Positions 30,196 through 38,844 of a stretch of 64,000 nt of DNA are shown piece after piece. Each line of letters begins with the position of its first letter. The stretch's first letter is position 1. Source of the stretch: an uncultured Candidatus Kuenenia sp. (lineage in GTDB: Bacteria; Planctomycetota; Planctomycetia; Pirellulales; UBA1268); contig CAZJHQ010000001.1 in assembly GCA_964545915.1 (NCBI GenBank), positions 47,641 through 111,640 of the forward strand, read 5' to 3'. A program made the position numbers and the translations under genes. The notes under the pieces are model-generated. The model was not told where the DNA came from. It ran no database searches and saw only the letters and a program-made list of their open reading frames with translations.

Positions 30196-30369
30196 GTGAG
30201 CGTCCTCGAAACGATTCTGACACTGGGCTTCACCGGGCTGCTCTGGCTCGCGAAGTCCCTGTTTTTCAGCGGCTGGTTCTTCGCGAAGTGGCTGCTCTGG
30301 GCCATGAGTCCAGTGTGGATACTCGTCGCTGGCCTCGGTGCCATCAGCGGGTTCTTGTTCGGCCGCTGA
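30196..30369 (+). CDS. Small two-TM membrane protein (57 aa, GTG start)
   Basis: AAGGAG lies 7 nt upstream of GTG 30196. My own translation is VSVLETILTLGFTGLLWLAKSLFFSGWFFAKWLLWAMSPVWILVAGLGAISGFLFGR. It is below the ORF-track size cut-off. Confidence 0.45.
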   Translation: MSVLETILTLGFTGLLWLAKSLFFSGWFFAKWLLWAMSPVWILVAGLGAISGFLFGR

Positions 30370-30415
30370 GGCAAACACCGCGCCCGACATCACCCCCTAC
30401 AGGAGACCCCAAGGT

Positions 30416-30784
30416 TTGTCCCACATCGTCGAAATCAAGACCGAGGTGCGCGACGAGGCAGCCGTGAAAGCCGCCTGCACTCGTCTTCAGATACCCACCC
30501 CCGAACACAAGACCGTCCGGCTGTTCAACGCGACAGCAACGGGCCTGTGCGTGCAACTCGCTGGCTGGTCGTACCCAGTCGTGTGCAACCTCCAGACCGG
30601 CCAAGTCCAGTACGACAACTACGGCGGCCACTGGGGCGAGCAGAAGCACCTGAACTCGTTTCTGCAGGGCTACGCCGTCGAGAAGGCCAAGATCGAGGCC
30701 CGGAAAAAAGGACATTCGGTCACGGAAACCAGCCTGCAGGACGGCTCGATCCGCGTCACCGTGAAGGTCGGAGGTGCGGCATGA
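30416..30784 (+). CDS. DUF1257 (Ycf35-like) protein
   Basis: (L)SHIVEIKTEVRD...YDNYGGHWGEQKHLNSFLQGYAVEKA fits the DUF1257 pattern. A probable TTG start at 30416 follows AGGAGA. Confidence 0.7.
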   Translation: MSHIVEIKTEVRDEAAVKAACTRLQIPTPEHKTVRLFNATATGLCVQLAGWSYPVVCNLQTGQVQYDNYGGHWGEQKHLNSFLQGYAVEKAKIEARKKGHSVTETSLQDGSIRVTVKVGGAA

Positions 30785-30978
30785 GCGAGAAGACCATCGA
30801 GATCACCGTCAGCCCCGAAGGCACCGTGAGCATCAAGACCACGGGCTTCACCGGAGGCTCGTGCAGGGACGCCACCCGGGACATCGAGCGTGCCCTCGGT
30901 GTAGCCGGCCGCGAGAGCCTGCTGCCCGAGTTCTACAACCAGACTGGCGCCGGCGAGCAGGTTCAGCAGGGCCAGTAA
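30781..30978 (+). CDS. DUF2997 protein
   Basis: MSEKTIEITVSPEGTVSIKTTGFTGGSCRDATRDIERALG fits the DUF2997 pattern. ATGA overlap with the DUF1257 stop. Confidence 0.7.
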   Translation: MSEKTIEITVSPEGTVSIKTTGFTGGSCRDATRDIERALGVAGRESLLPEFYNQTGAGEQVQQGQ

Positions 30979-31099
30979 CGCCGGGCAGCATCAACGCCGG
31001 TGCACGCAGGTGGATGGGAAACGGCTTCAGTTCCGGCCCCCCACCTGCCTGCTACCGGCTGCTGCGCGTTCATCTCATCACCCACAGGATTCACCGATC

Positions 31100-31537
31100 A
31101 TGCCCACCTCCCACACCGATGAAGGCCCACCCGACGAGAACGAGAACATCCGACTGCTCCTTGCCCACTTCCACCAGACCGAGCAGGCCCGCATGGACAA
31201 CGCCAAGAACCGGCTGCGCACCCAGATCATCCCCCAACTCGTGCAGCACCGGGTCGCCAACATCGAGGCGGCCTACTCGGGCTACGGTGACGACGGGGCT
31301 ATCGACGGGGTGCAGTTTCGGGATGCAGCCGGTGAGCGTGTAGACCGAGCGAGCCTGCCGAAGGACGTGATCGAGCAACTGGAAAACTGCGTGTACGCGT
31401 TCCTGCCGTCGGGGTTCGAGAACAACGACGGCGGCCAAGGCACGCTCACGATCGACACCCAGACGGCCAAGGTCACGATCAATCATCAGGAGAACTACAC
31501 CGAGACCCGAGATTCCACCCGGGAGTTCGACCTGTAA
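31100..31537 (+). CDS. Hypothetical protein (plasmid/ICE-type conserved; YSGYGDDGAIDG motif)
   Basis: 146-aa ORF from ATG 31100. No function recognised. Confidence 0.55.
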   Translation: MPTSHTDEGPPDENENIRLLLAHFHQTEQARMDNAKNRLRTQIIPQLVQHRVANIEAAYSGYGDDGAIDGVQFRDAAGERVDRASLPKDVIEQLENCVYAFLPSGFENNDGGQGTLTIDTQTAKVTINHQENYTETRDSTREFDL

Positions 31538-31875
31538 TGGCGCACCCCTACCACCACGCTGTCTCGTCGGCCAAGAAGTACGGCGGCGAGCCTGTCGAGT
31601 ACCTCCGGTTGCACGAATGGCTCGACGGCAGCAAGGCCCACATGGCTGACTTCCGGCACCGCGCGCTCCGACATCATTCCGAGGGCATCTTCGCGCTGGA
31701 GGCCCTGTTCGGCTCCACGATCACGCTCTCGACCGGCCGGGTTCTTCCCGTGAGATTCATCGGCGAGCAGCACGTTCTTGAAGACCTTGGCCGGATTCCT
31801 ACGGTGGCTGACTGGCTCGGAAAGATTCAGCCCGAGAGTTGGATGCTCGGCCGCGGACAGGAACTCACGGAATAA
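31537..31875 (+). CDS. Hypothetical protein (His-rich N-terminus MAHPYHHAVSSAKKYGG)
   Basis: 112 aa. The start overlaps the upstream stop (TAATG), suggesting translational coupling. Confidence 0.55.
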   Translation: MAHPYHHAVSSAKKYGGEPVEYLRLHEWLDGSKAHMADFRHRALRHHSEGIFALEALFGSTITLSTGRVLPVRFIGEQHVLEDLGRIPTVADWLGKIQPESWMLGRGQELTE

Positions 31876-31884
31876 CCCCTGTCG

Positions 31885-32301
31885 TCAGTCATCGAGTTCG
31901 CCCCCGACGCCACCCTTGAAGTGGCAGTCACCGCACGACTGACTGAGGGCTTGGAATCCCGCTCGCAGCAACTTGGCGTCTTTCTGCTTGGCGGCGGCAG
32001 CGATTTCTTTCACGGCATCAACGTAGCCGTCCGCCGAACCCTTGATATCGGCGTTTTTGGATTCCTGCAGAGCCTTGCTCATCGCCTCAAACCGCGCCAG
32101 CGTCCGCTCGACCACTTGCCACGATGGAGCCGGTGCCTCTGCCTGCGTCCGCAACTGCCGATAAGGCGACCGTTTGCCCTCATGGGTTTCCTCCATGAGT
32201 TCTTCCACCTTCTCGTCCTCGTCGTGATCGGCATAGACCACGACGCTGACTATTCCGGCCGCCACAAGAACGACCACGAGACCAAGGACAGTCGTTTTCA
32301 C
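31885..32301 (-). CDS. Membrane-anchored cytochrome c'-like four-helix protein (C-terminal CxxCH)
   Basis: TM anchor (LGLVVVLVAAGIVSVVVY), then a helical region ending ...FQALSQSCGDCHFKGG, the class II cytochrome c layout. Start is ambiguous (GTG 32301 or ATG 32367). Confidence 0.5.
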   Translation of the reverse strand: MKTTVLGLVVVLVAAGIVSVVVYADHDEDEKVEELMEETHEGKRSPYRQLRTQAEAPAPSWQVVERTLARFEAMSKALQESKNADIKGSADGYVDAVKEIAAAAKQKDAKLLRAGFQALSQSCGDCHFKGGVGGELDD

Positions 32302-32333
32302 AGTGTCGTCTCCACCCGCTGAAAAGGAACCAT

Positions 32334-33884
32334 ATGCCTTCAACCAAGAATACGCGCCGCACAACACCCCCGACCAACGCCCCCACCCTCGCCTCCCGCC
32401 TCCACGAACTCATCTCTGCCTGCTTCACGGCGATTTGGTGCCAGACCGCCGAGCCACACGAAGCCGCCCGGGAAATCACTGACCTGTGTAGGCGTGAAAA
32501 CTGGCGGCTGGGCATCTGGAACTGCGACTCGGGCGTGCAGTTCCCCATCGAGCAGATCGCGATCCCGGGCGTCACTGAAACCCAAGACCCACTGGCTGTG
32601 ATCCGGGCGCTACCGCAGGTCTCGCAAGGCTCCGGCACGACGGTTTTGATACTTGAAAATATGCACCGATTCCTTGGCAGCGTCGAACTCATCCAAGCCG
32701 TCGCGAGGCAGGCTATCTCGGGCAAGCACAACCGGGCGTTCATCGTCGTGCTGGCCCCCGTGACGCAGATACCCGCGGAACTCGACAAACTGTTCGTGTG
32801 CGTCGACCATGAACTCCCGGACCACGCCCAACTGGAGGAGATCGCCCGGGGAGTTGCCACACAGGAAGGCGAACTTCCCAGACCTGATGAAGTCCCCCGG
32901 GTGATCGACGCCGCGAAGGGACTGACGCACAGCGAAGCCGAAAATGCCTACTCGCTGTCGCTGGTCAGGCACGGCACGCTCAAGGCCGAGACACTGTGGG
33001 AGATCAAGGCCGGGCAACTCAAGAAGTCCGGCTTGGTCTCGATCCACCGCGGCACCGAGTCGTTCGACCAACTCGGCGGCCTCGACAACCTGAAGGCCTT
33101 CTGTCTGCGGGCCATGCGCCGCCAGAGCGAAGGCACCGTGAGCAACAGGCCCCGCGGCGTGTTGCTTCTCTCTCCTCCCGGCTGCGGCAAGTCCCAGTTC
33201 GCGAAGGCGCTGGGCAACGAAACCGGCAGGCCCACGGTCGTCCTCGATGTCGGCGCCCTGCTCGGCTCGCTCGTCGGCCAGTCGGAGAGCAACGTCCGGG
33301 CGGCCCTCAAGTTGGCCGACGCGATGGCCCCGTGCGTGCTCATGGCGGACGAGGTGGAAAAAGCCCTCGCTGGAGCCAGTTCATCGGGCCAGACAGATTC
33401 CGGCGTGACGGCCCGAGTATTCGGCTCACTGCTCACGTGGCTGAACGACCACGAGAGCGACGTCTTCTTCGTCGGCACCTGCAACGACGCCTCGAAGTTG
33501 CCGCCAGAGTTCGCCCGTGCAGAGCGATTCGACGGCGTGTTCTTCGTGGACTTACCCGGCCGTGACCAGAAGGACGCGATCTGGGCCATCTATACGCGGC
33601 ACTACGGGCTGGGCGCGAAGCAGGCCCGGCCGGATGACACGAACTGGACCGGCGCCGAGATCAAGTCGTGCTGTCGGCTGGCGTCGCTCTTGGACGTGCC
33701 GCTCGTTCAGGCCGCGCAGAACGTCGTCCCCGTGGCTGTCACTGCGGGCGACAAGATCGAAGGTTTACGCCAGTGGGCTTCGGGTCGGTGCCTGTCGGCG
33801 GATCGGGCGGGAGTGTATTCGCGGACGGAGGGAGGCAGTGGCAGTCGCGTCAGGCGGGTGGTACGGGAGCCGGGGGTGAATTGA
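32334..33884 (+). CDS. AAA+ ATPase (classic clade, Ycf46-like)
   Basis: Walker A LLSPPGCGKSQFAKAL, Walker B VLMADEVEKA, and second region of homology FFVGTCNDASKLPPEFARAERFD. The ~250-aa N-domain is unassigned. Confidence 0.85.
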   Translation: MPSTKNTRRTTPPTNAPTLASRLHELISACFTAIWCQTAEPHEAAREITDLCRRENWRLGIWNCDSGVQFPIEQIAIPGVTETQDPLAVIRALPQVSQGSGTTVLILENMHRFLGSVELIQAVARQAISGKHNRAFIVVLAPVTQIPAELDKLFVCVDHELPDHAQLEEIARGVATQEGELPRPDEVPRVIDAAKGLTHSEAENAYSLSLVRHGTLKAETLWEIKAGQLKKSGLVSIHRGTESFDQLGGLDNLKAFCLRAMRRQSEGTVSNRPRGVLLLSPPGCGKSQFAKALGNETGRPTVVLDVGALLGSLVGQSESNVRAALKLADAMAPCVLMADEVEKALAGASSSGQTDSGVTARVFGSLLTWLNDHESDVFFVGTCNDASKLPPEFARAERFDGVFFVDLPGRDQKDAIWAIYTRHYGLGAKQARPDDTNWTGAEIKSCCRLASLLDVPLVQAAQNVVPVAVTAGDKIEGLRQWASGRCLSADRAGVYSRTEGGSGSRVRRVVREPGVN

Positions 33885-34120
33885 CCTGAAGCGGTGGCCG
33901 CTCTAACGCGACCACCTCCACTGGCACGGCACTCGCGATATCCCCCAAGTCCGCAACGACACGTTGTAGCGATTGAGACTGCCCTCGTATCCTTCTCTAC
34001 GACGACGTTCACCTACTTTGCGTGTTCCCCAACGGTGGTCGTCATGCGATCCGCCGAGCACTACTCTGCTCCTCTGACAGATGCCAGTTGACCACCGACA
34101 GAACAAACAGGGAGGCGGTA

Positions 34121-35083
34121 ATGGGACTGAAGGCGACTAGAGATCTGGAGGGGCTGGCAGCCGCTCCAAGCCAATCAGAACGAGAGAAGGCCGCCCGAAC
34201 ACACACGATGATCCGTGAGTACCTTGAAACTGCACCGGCGCTCAAGAAGTACCGGATCGACACGTTCCTGCAGGGGTCATACAAGAACTCGACAAATGTG
34301 CGCGGCGACAGCGACGTGGATCTCGGAAGTGAAACGCACGAAGTTTTCTACTACGACACCGAGTGGCTGCCGTCCACGGCGCAGGACCAATATGGCCGGC
34401 CGAAAATCTCGCTAAAGGAATCGGTCGACAAGTCATTGAGCAACCTTGGCAAGGGCGATTTCACCTTCGTGGATTACAGAGCGGATGTGCTTGCTTCCCT
34501 CGCGTCGGAGTACGGTGCCCACGCAGTCATCGACGGAAACAAAGCCATCACTGTGCGGGGTAACACAAATCGGCTCGATGCAGATGTTCTGCCGTGCATA
34601 TCTTTCCGTCAGTACTTTCAGGATTCCTACGGACAAGCTCGCTTTCACGATGGAATCGCATTTTTCACTAAGCAACTACACCGCATCGTCAATTTTCCGA
34701 AACAGCACTTCGACAACTTGGCGGTCAAGGATCAGCGAACCGGCGGCAAGGTCAAGGGATGCATTCGTATCCTCAAACGCATCCGAAATGATTTGGAAGA
34801 GCATGGACAGTGGGATCGCAGACGTTCACCATCGTTCTACCTTGAAAGTCTCGTTTGGAACGCCCCCGATGACCACTTTGTTGGTGGGTACGACTCCGTC
34901 CTTGAGAACGTGCTTAGACGCCTGTACCGCGATCTCCATCGCCATTCCGCGACCGATGAACGCGACGCCTACACACAAGCTAACCAGATCTTCCCTTTGT
35001 TTCACAGTCGCTTCTGGAACGAAGACGACGCCAAAGCGTTCATCACAATGGTCTGGGCTGACGTTTTCTCGGTGACTCCATGA
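34121..35083 (+). CDS. CD-NTase / SMODS-type nucleotidyltransferase (CBASS cyclase)
   Basis: Pol-beta NTase motif QGSYKNSTNVRGDSDVDL plus third acidic residue in RLDADVLPC. GGGAGG RBS. The stop overlaps the patatin gene start. The region is AT-richer by eye. Confidence 0.8.
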   Translation: MGLKATRDLEGLAAAPSQSEREKAARTHTMIREYLETAPALKKYRIDTFLQGSYKNSTNVRGDSDVDLGSETHEVFYYDTEWLPSTAQDQYGRPKISLKESVDKSLSNLGKGDFTFVDYRADVLASLASEYGAHAVIDGNKAITVRGNTNRLDADVLPCISFRQYFQDSYGQARFHDGIAFFTKQLHRIVNFPKQHFDNLAVKDQRTGGKVKGCIRILKRIRNDLEEHGQWDRRRSPSFYLESLVWNAPDDHFVGGYDSVLENVLRRLYRDLHRHSATDERDAYTQANQIFPLFHSRFWNEDDAKAFITMVWADVFSVTP

Positions 35084-36039
35084 ACACACCTTCCGCTTCC
35101 TCGGCCGAACACCCCAAGGACGGCAGATGTCACGTCCTGAGTCTTGATGGCGGTGGCTCAAAGGGCTTCTACACGCTCGGCGTACTTCGCGAAATCGAAG
35201 CAGTTCTGAAATGCCCACTCTACAAGCACTTTGATCTTGTGTACGGCACGAGTACGGGAGCCATTATCGCGACGCTCATTGCCCTTGGCCATGAAGTCGA
35301 ACAAATCCATGAACTCTATCAGCGTCATGTCCCGACAGTGATGCGGGGACGTAAGCCTGCCCAGAAATCTGCAGCATTGGCTACCCTTGCCGACGAACTC
35401 TTCACTGACAAGCTGTTCACAGACTCTAAGACCGCTCTTGGCGTTGTTGCTACGCGATGGGCGAGTGCACGGCCAATGATCTTCAAATCTCACGCCTCGC
35501 AAGCCCACGGCCGTGAGGACTCGTTTGTGCCAAGCTTCGGGGTCAGGATTGCTGATGCCGTTCAGGCGTCGTGCTCGGCAGTACCCTTCTTCGAGCGGAA
35601 GGTTGTCACGACATCGGTCGGGGACCGAGTCGAACTCATCGACGGCGGATATTGCGCGAACAATCCAACCCTCTACGCGATCGCTGATGCCATTTATGCC
35701 TTGACGCACAGGCCGGAGAATGTGCGAGTCATAAGTGTTGGGGTGGGCGTTTATGCACGACCACAGCCAAGCTGGAAGATGTGGTTCGCACACAAGTACG
35801 TGGCCAGCGTGCAACTCCTACAAAAGACGCTTGAAATAAATGCGCAGTCAATGGAGTTGCTGCGGTCACTTCTCTTCGAGGACGTTCAAACGGTCAGAGT
35901 CAGTGATGAATGTGCGCGGCCGGACTTGGCATGTGATTTCATGGAGTCCGATCTTGCAAAGCTCAATCTGCTGCGACAGCAAGGGAGCGACTCTTACGCA
36001 AAGCAACAGCAGAAGATTCTCGCGTGTCTCTTCGACTGA
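35080..36039 (+). CDS. capV: Patatin-like phospholipase (CapV-type CBASS effector)
   Basis: Oxyanion LDGGGSKGFY, nucleophile elbow GTSTGAI and catalytic Asp in IDGGYCANNP. Confidence 0.85.
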   Translation: MNTPSASSAEHPKDGRCHVLSLDGGGSKGFYTLGVLREIEAVLKCPLYKHFDLVYGTSTGAIIATLIALGHEVEQIHELYQRHVPTVMRGRKPAQKSAALATLADELFTDKLFTDSKTALGVVATRWASARPMIFKSHASQAHGREDSFVPSFGVRIADAVQASCSAVPFFERKVVTTSVGDRVELIDGGYCANNPTLYAIADAIYALTHRPENVRVISVGVGVYARPQPSWKMWFAHKYVASVQLLQKTLEINAQSMELLRSLLFEDVQTVRVSDECARPDLACDFMESDLAKLNLLRQQGSDSYAKQQQKILACLFD

Positions 36040-36470
36040 ACTGCTTGTTGGGAGAGGCTGCCGTGACCTTTACTCTCGTCCGGGCTGAGATGGAAGTGCC
36101 TACCCATTCTTCGACACAGAGAGACCACGCGGACCAGTAGATTCCGCTCGCGCTCTGTGCCGTGAGCGACTCACATATCGAGTTATGCCAGCATGACTGA
36201 AGTGGCATCTGCACGAACGCATCTTCGCGTTGGATAGTTGAATGCAGTGGCGGGTGAGTGGCATTGTGTCCGGCAACAACGGCACACCGCTCTCGATAAC
36301 GCCAATGCCTCCGGATCGCGAAAAGCATATCTGCGTGAGTGGTGCGGCTCACGAACGGCCGCCCAACGTCGCATCCCGCATCGCGTAGACAAGGCTTCTG
36401 GCCGGGCTGCCGAGGCCATCACTGCGGCTGACAGCCGGTCGCCAGTTTCTCACATCCAAAGGATTCCCGC

Positions 36471-37487
36471 ATGTCCACAGCAACCACCACATCCCACGAC
36501 ACCGGCCAACACACCACGAGCCGGACCACAACCCAACCCACCAACACCCCGACAAGCCAACTCGAACGCTCCGCCGCCAACAGGCTCCGCACCACCATGG
36601 CGGCCGTGAAACTCTCCTTCACGTGGTTGGGCGTCCGTAAGACCCTCGCCCCGGAGCAGCGCACGACAGCAGCCCGAGCGTTCCATGCCGACCGTGAACT
36701 TCTCTCGGCCAGCAAACTCATACTCGACACGAAGAACCCCGCCTACCGTGCCGTGGCTGCCGTCCGGTCTGAGGCTTCTTCCTACTGGCGCATTGTCACG
36801 CTGCCTTTCCCCGAGGCTGGCGTTCGCCTTCTTCCGCAGAACTCGCTCAGCACGTTCGCCAGCACGATGCAGACGTACCGCGAGAGGCTCCAAGAGGCAG
36901 CCCGAGAACTCGCCAGCCAGTACGACCAGATCAAGTTGGAAGCCCAGCGGCGCCTCGGCACGCTCTTCAACGCCAGCGACTATCCCAGCACGCTCGATGG
37001 CCTGTTCGATCTTGAAGTCTCATACCCGACCATCGAGCCACCGAACTACCTCATGGCCCTGCACCCGGAGGTCTATCAGCAGGAGCAAGCCCGGGTCCGT
37101 GAGCGCTTCGAGAGTGCCGTCGAACTTGCTGAACAAGCCTTCGCCACGGAACTCCAGAGGCTCACGGCTCATCTCGCTGAACGCCTCACAGGCCTGCACG
37201 ACGGCCAGCCCAAGGTCTTTCGGGACTCCGCCGTCGAGAACCTTCGGGAGTTCTTCGAGCGGTTCCGGCGGCTGAACATTCGAAGCAGCCCGGAACTGGA
37301 TGCCCTCGTGGAGCAGGCCCAGCAAACCATCAATGGGGTCGAGCCGCAGACGCTCAGGGACTCCAACAGGCTCCGGCAGATGGTGGCCCGAGACTTCGAG
37401 CAGATTCAGGCTGCTGTTGGTGACCTGCTCGTCGATCGCCCCCGACGGAACATCCTCAGGCGCGGTGGTGTTGGAGGTGCCGCATGA
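36471..37487 (+). CDS. Conserved plasmid/ICE-type hypothetical protein (possibly DUF3150-like)
   Basis: 338 aa with a Thr/Pro-rich N-terminus, then a long helical region. The family name is from memory only. Confidence 0.55.
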   Translation: MSTATTTSHDTGQHTTSRTTTQPTNTPTSQLERSAANRLRTTMAAVKLSFTWLGVRKTLAPEQRTTAARAFHADRELLSASKLILDTKNPAYRAVAAVRSEASSYWRIVTLPFPEAGVRLLPQNSLSTFASTMQTYRERLQEAARELASQYDQIKLEAQRRLGTLFNASDYPSTLDGLFDLEVSYPTIEPPNYLMALHPEVYQQEQARVRERFESAVELAEQAFATELQRLTAHLAERLTGLHDGQPKVFRDSAVENLREFFERFRRLNIRSSPELDALVEQAQQTINGVEPQTLRDSNRLRQMVARDFEQIQAAVGDLLVDRPRRNILRRGGVGGAA

Positions 37488-37738
37488 CCAGCGAGATGGA
37501 GTTGGTCGTCGGCTGTGATGGCGGCGTGAAGTGCATCTACGACGAAGCACTGGACCTGCGGGAGATCGGGAAGTTGCAGATCACCCGGGCGAGCCACGTG
37601 GAGCCAGACGCCGAGGGCTACTGGTGGGCTGACATGGGGCCGTCAGGTGGGCCGGTGTTGGGGCCATTCAGGAGCCGGACGGAGGCGCTGGGTGCGGAGA
37701 GGGGCTGGTTGGCCGAGGTGCAAAGGCATCTGGGTTAG
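37484..37738 (+). CDS. Small conserved protein (ASHVEPD..WWAD..LGPF..EAL family)
   Basis: 84 aa with ATGA overlap to the upstream gene. Its 3' half recurs as fragments at 38699-38816 and 19564-19707. Confidence 0.65.
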   Translation: MTSEMELVVGCDGGVKCIYDEALDLREIGKLQITRASHVEPDAEGYWWADMGPSGGPVLGPFRSRTEALGAERGWLAEVQRHLG

Positions 37739-38615
37739 CCTGAGTAAAAAGATTCCTAGCATTGAAGTGCAGATCAATTCTTCGGATGGCATCTCGGAAA
37801 AGTTCCGCCGAACCTATCGCTGCGTGGATATCCGCACTCAAGTCCTCATATTCCTTTCGTAAGCATGGATACCAGTTGCGGAAGTCCTCCGGCAGAGATC
37901 TCCGATACGCTTCGATGGCATCAGAAGCCCGTTCCTCGCTGTGCCTTTGGGACCTCACCCACTGCTCAATCACCGTGCGAAGCATGAATAGGCCGGGTAG
38001 TGTCTGGCCGCACTGGTACGCGATCACGGCATCGCGGTAATAGCGATTCACTGGCTTCGGAATGGCATCAGGAACTGGTGTGTGCTCCATGGGGGCTCGC
38101 CCTGAGCAAGTCAGCCGCGCGCCATCGCGACGGACTAATATCACCTCCGGCACGCTCTTGCACGACTGGCAAAGAAAGGACAACGCAAAAACTTGGACCG
38201 TCTGCTCGTCTACTTCGTACTTGGGGTTCTGTCGATCACGCCCAAGCATGTCCTCCGCAGCCAGCGAGTTGAACGCTTCTAGCCGATTGCAACGTTCGCA
38301 GAAAAGTTTGACGTCGGGAACCTGCGGACGGAGGCCATGCTGATCGAGCCCCACCTTACGGTAATGGCCAGTGTTGTCCGCTAGATCCCACGGTCCACGA
38401 ATCGCGTTTTTGCAGTTCTCAACAAACAGTTCGGCAAGTCGCTCCCGCGCAACGGGCGGTGGCGATTCCGCCAAGTCGCCAAAATCCACCTCTACACGCT
38501 GATATAGGTGCTTGTCCTCTAGCAGAGTTCGAAGAGCTTTAGTTACTCGGCCTGCCAGTTCCGCTGAACGCGCATCCCAAGCGGATTCGGCGTCGGAAGA
38601 CTGCTGCGGTGACAT
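37668..38615 (-). CDS. Zn-ribbon + DUF4145-like protein
   Basis: CERC...CQSC cysteine pairs. The C-terminal region (IPKPVNRYYRDAVIAYQCGQTLPGLFMLRTVIEQWV) resembles DUF4145, a domain found in R-M/Abi contexts. AT-richer by eye. Confidence 0.6.
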   Translation of the reverse strand: MSPQQSSDAESAWDARSAELAGRVTKALRTLLEDKHLYQRVEVDFGDLAESPPPVARERLAELFVENCKNAIRGPWDLADNTGHYRKVGLDQHGLRPQVPDVKLFCERCNRLEAFNSLAAEDMLGRDRQNPKYEVDEQTVQVFALSFLCQSCKSVPEVILVRRDGARLTCSGRAPMEHTPVPDAIPKPVNRYYRDAVIAYQCGQTLPGLFMLRTVIEQWVRSQRHSEERASDAIEAYRRSLPEDFRNWYPCLRKEYEDLSADIHAAIGSAELFRDAIRRIDLHFNARNLFTQANPDAFAPRPTSPSPHPAPPSGS

Positions 38616-38698
38616 TTGGCCTCCATGGGTAATCGATAAACTACTCGCGTACCCTTCTACGCAAGTATCGTCACGAGATTATGCACTGCAGTGTTTTG

Positions 38699-38816
38699 CC
38701 CCGGCGAGCCAGATGCCGAGGGCTACTGGTGTGCCGATAAGGGGCCTTTTGAAGGGCCGGTGCTGGGACCGTTCAGGAGTCGGACGGAGGCGTTAGAGGC
38801 AGAGAGGAGGTGGCTA
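38699..38816 (+). pseudogene. Duplicated 3' fragment of the 84-aa gene
   Basis: EPDAEGYWCADKGPFEGPVLGPFRSRTEALEAERRWL and its DNA align with 37584-37710. Lacks the N-terminal half. Confidence 0.6.
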
Positions 38817-38844
38817 TCCATGTCACGAAAAGCCTCCCTCGCCA

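Noticed and set aside
32334-36039. Reading the AAA+ ATPase plus CD-NTase plus patatin as a Type III CBASS (TRIP13/HORMA-regulated).
   Set aside because: No HORMA-like gene was recognised. The ATPase is much larger than Cap6/TRIP13-type proteins, and its usual partners (DUF1257/DUF2997) are present upstream. Left as an open question inside the corresponding finding.
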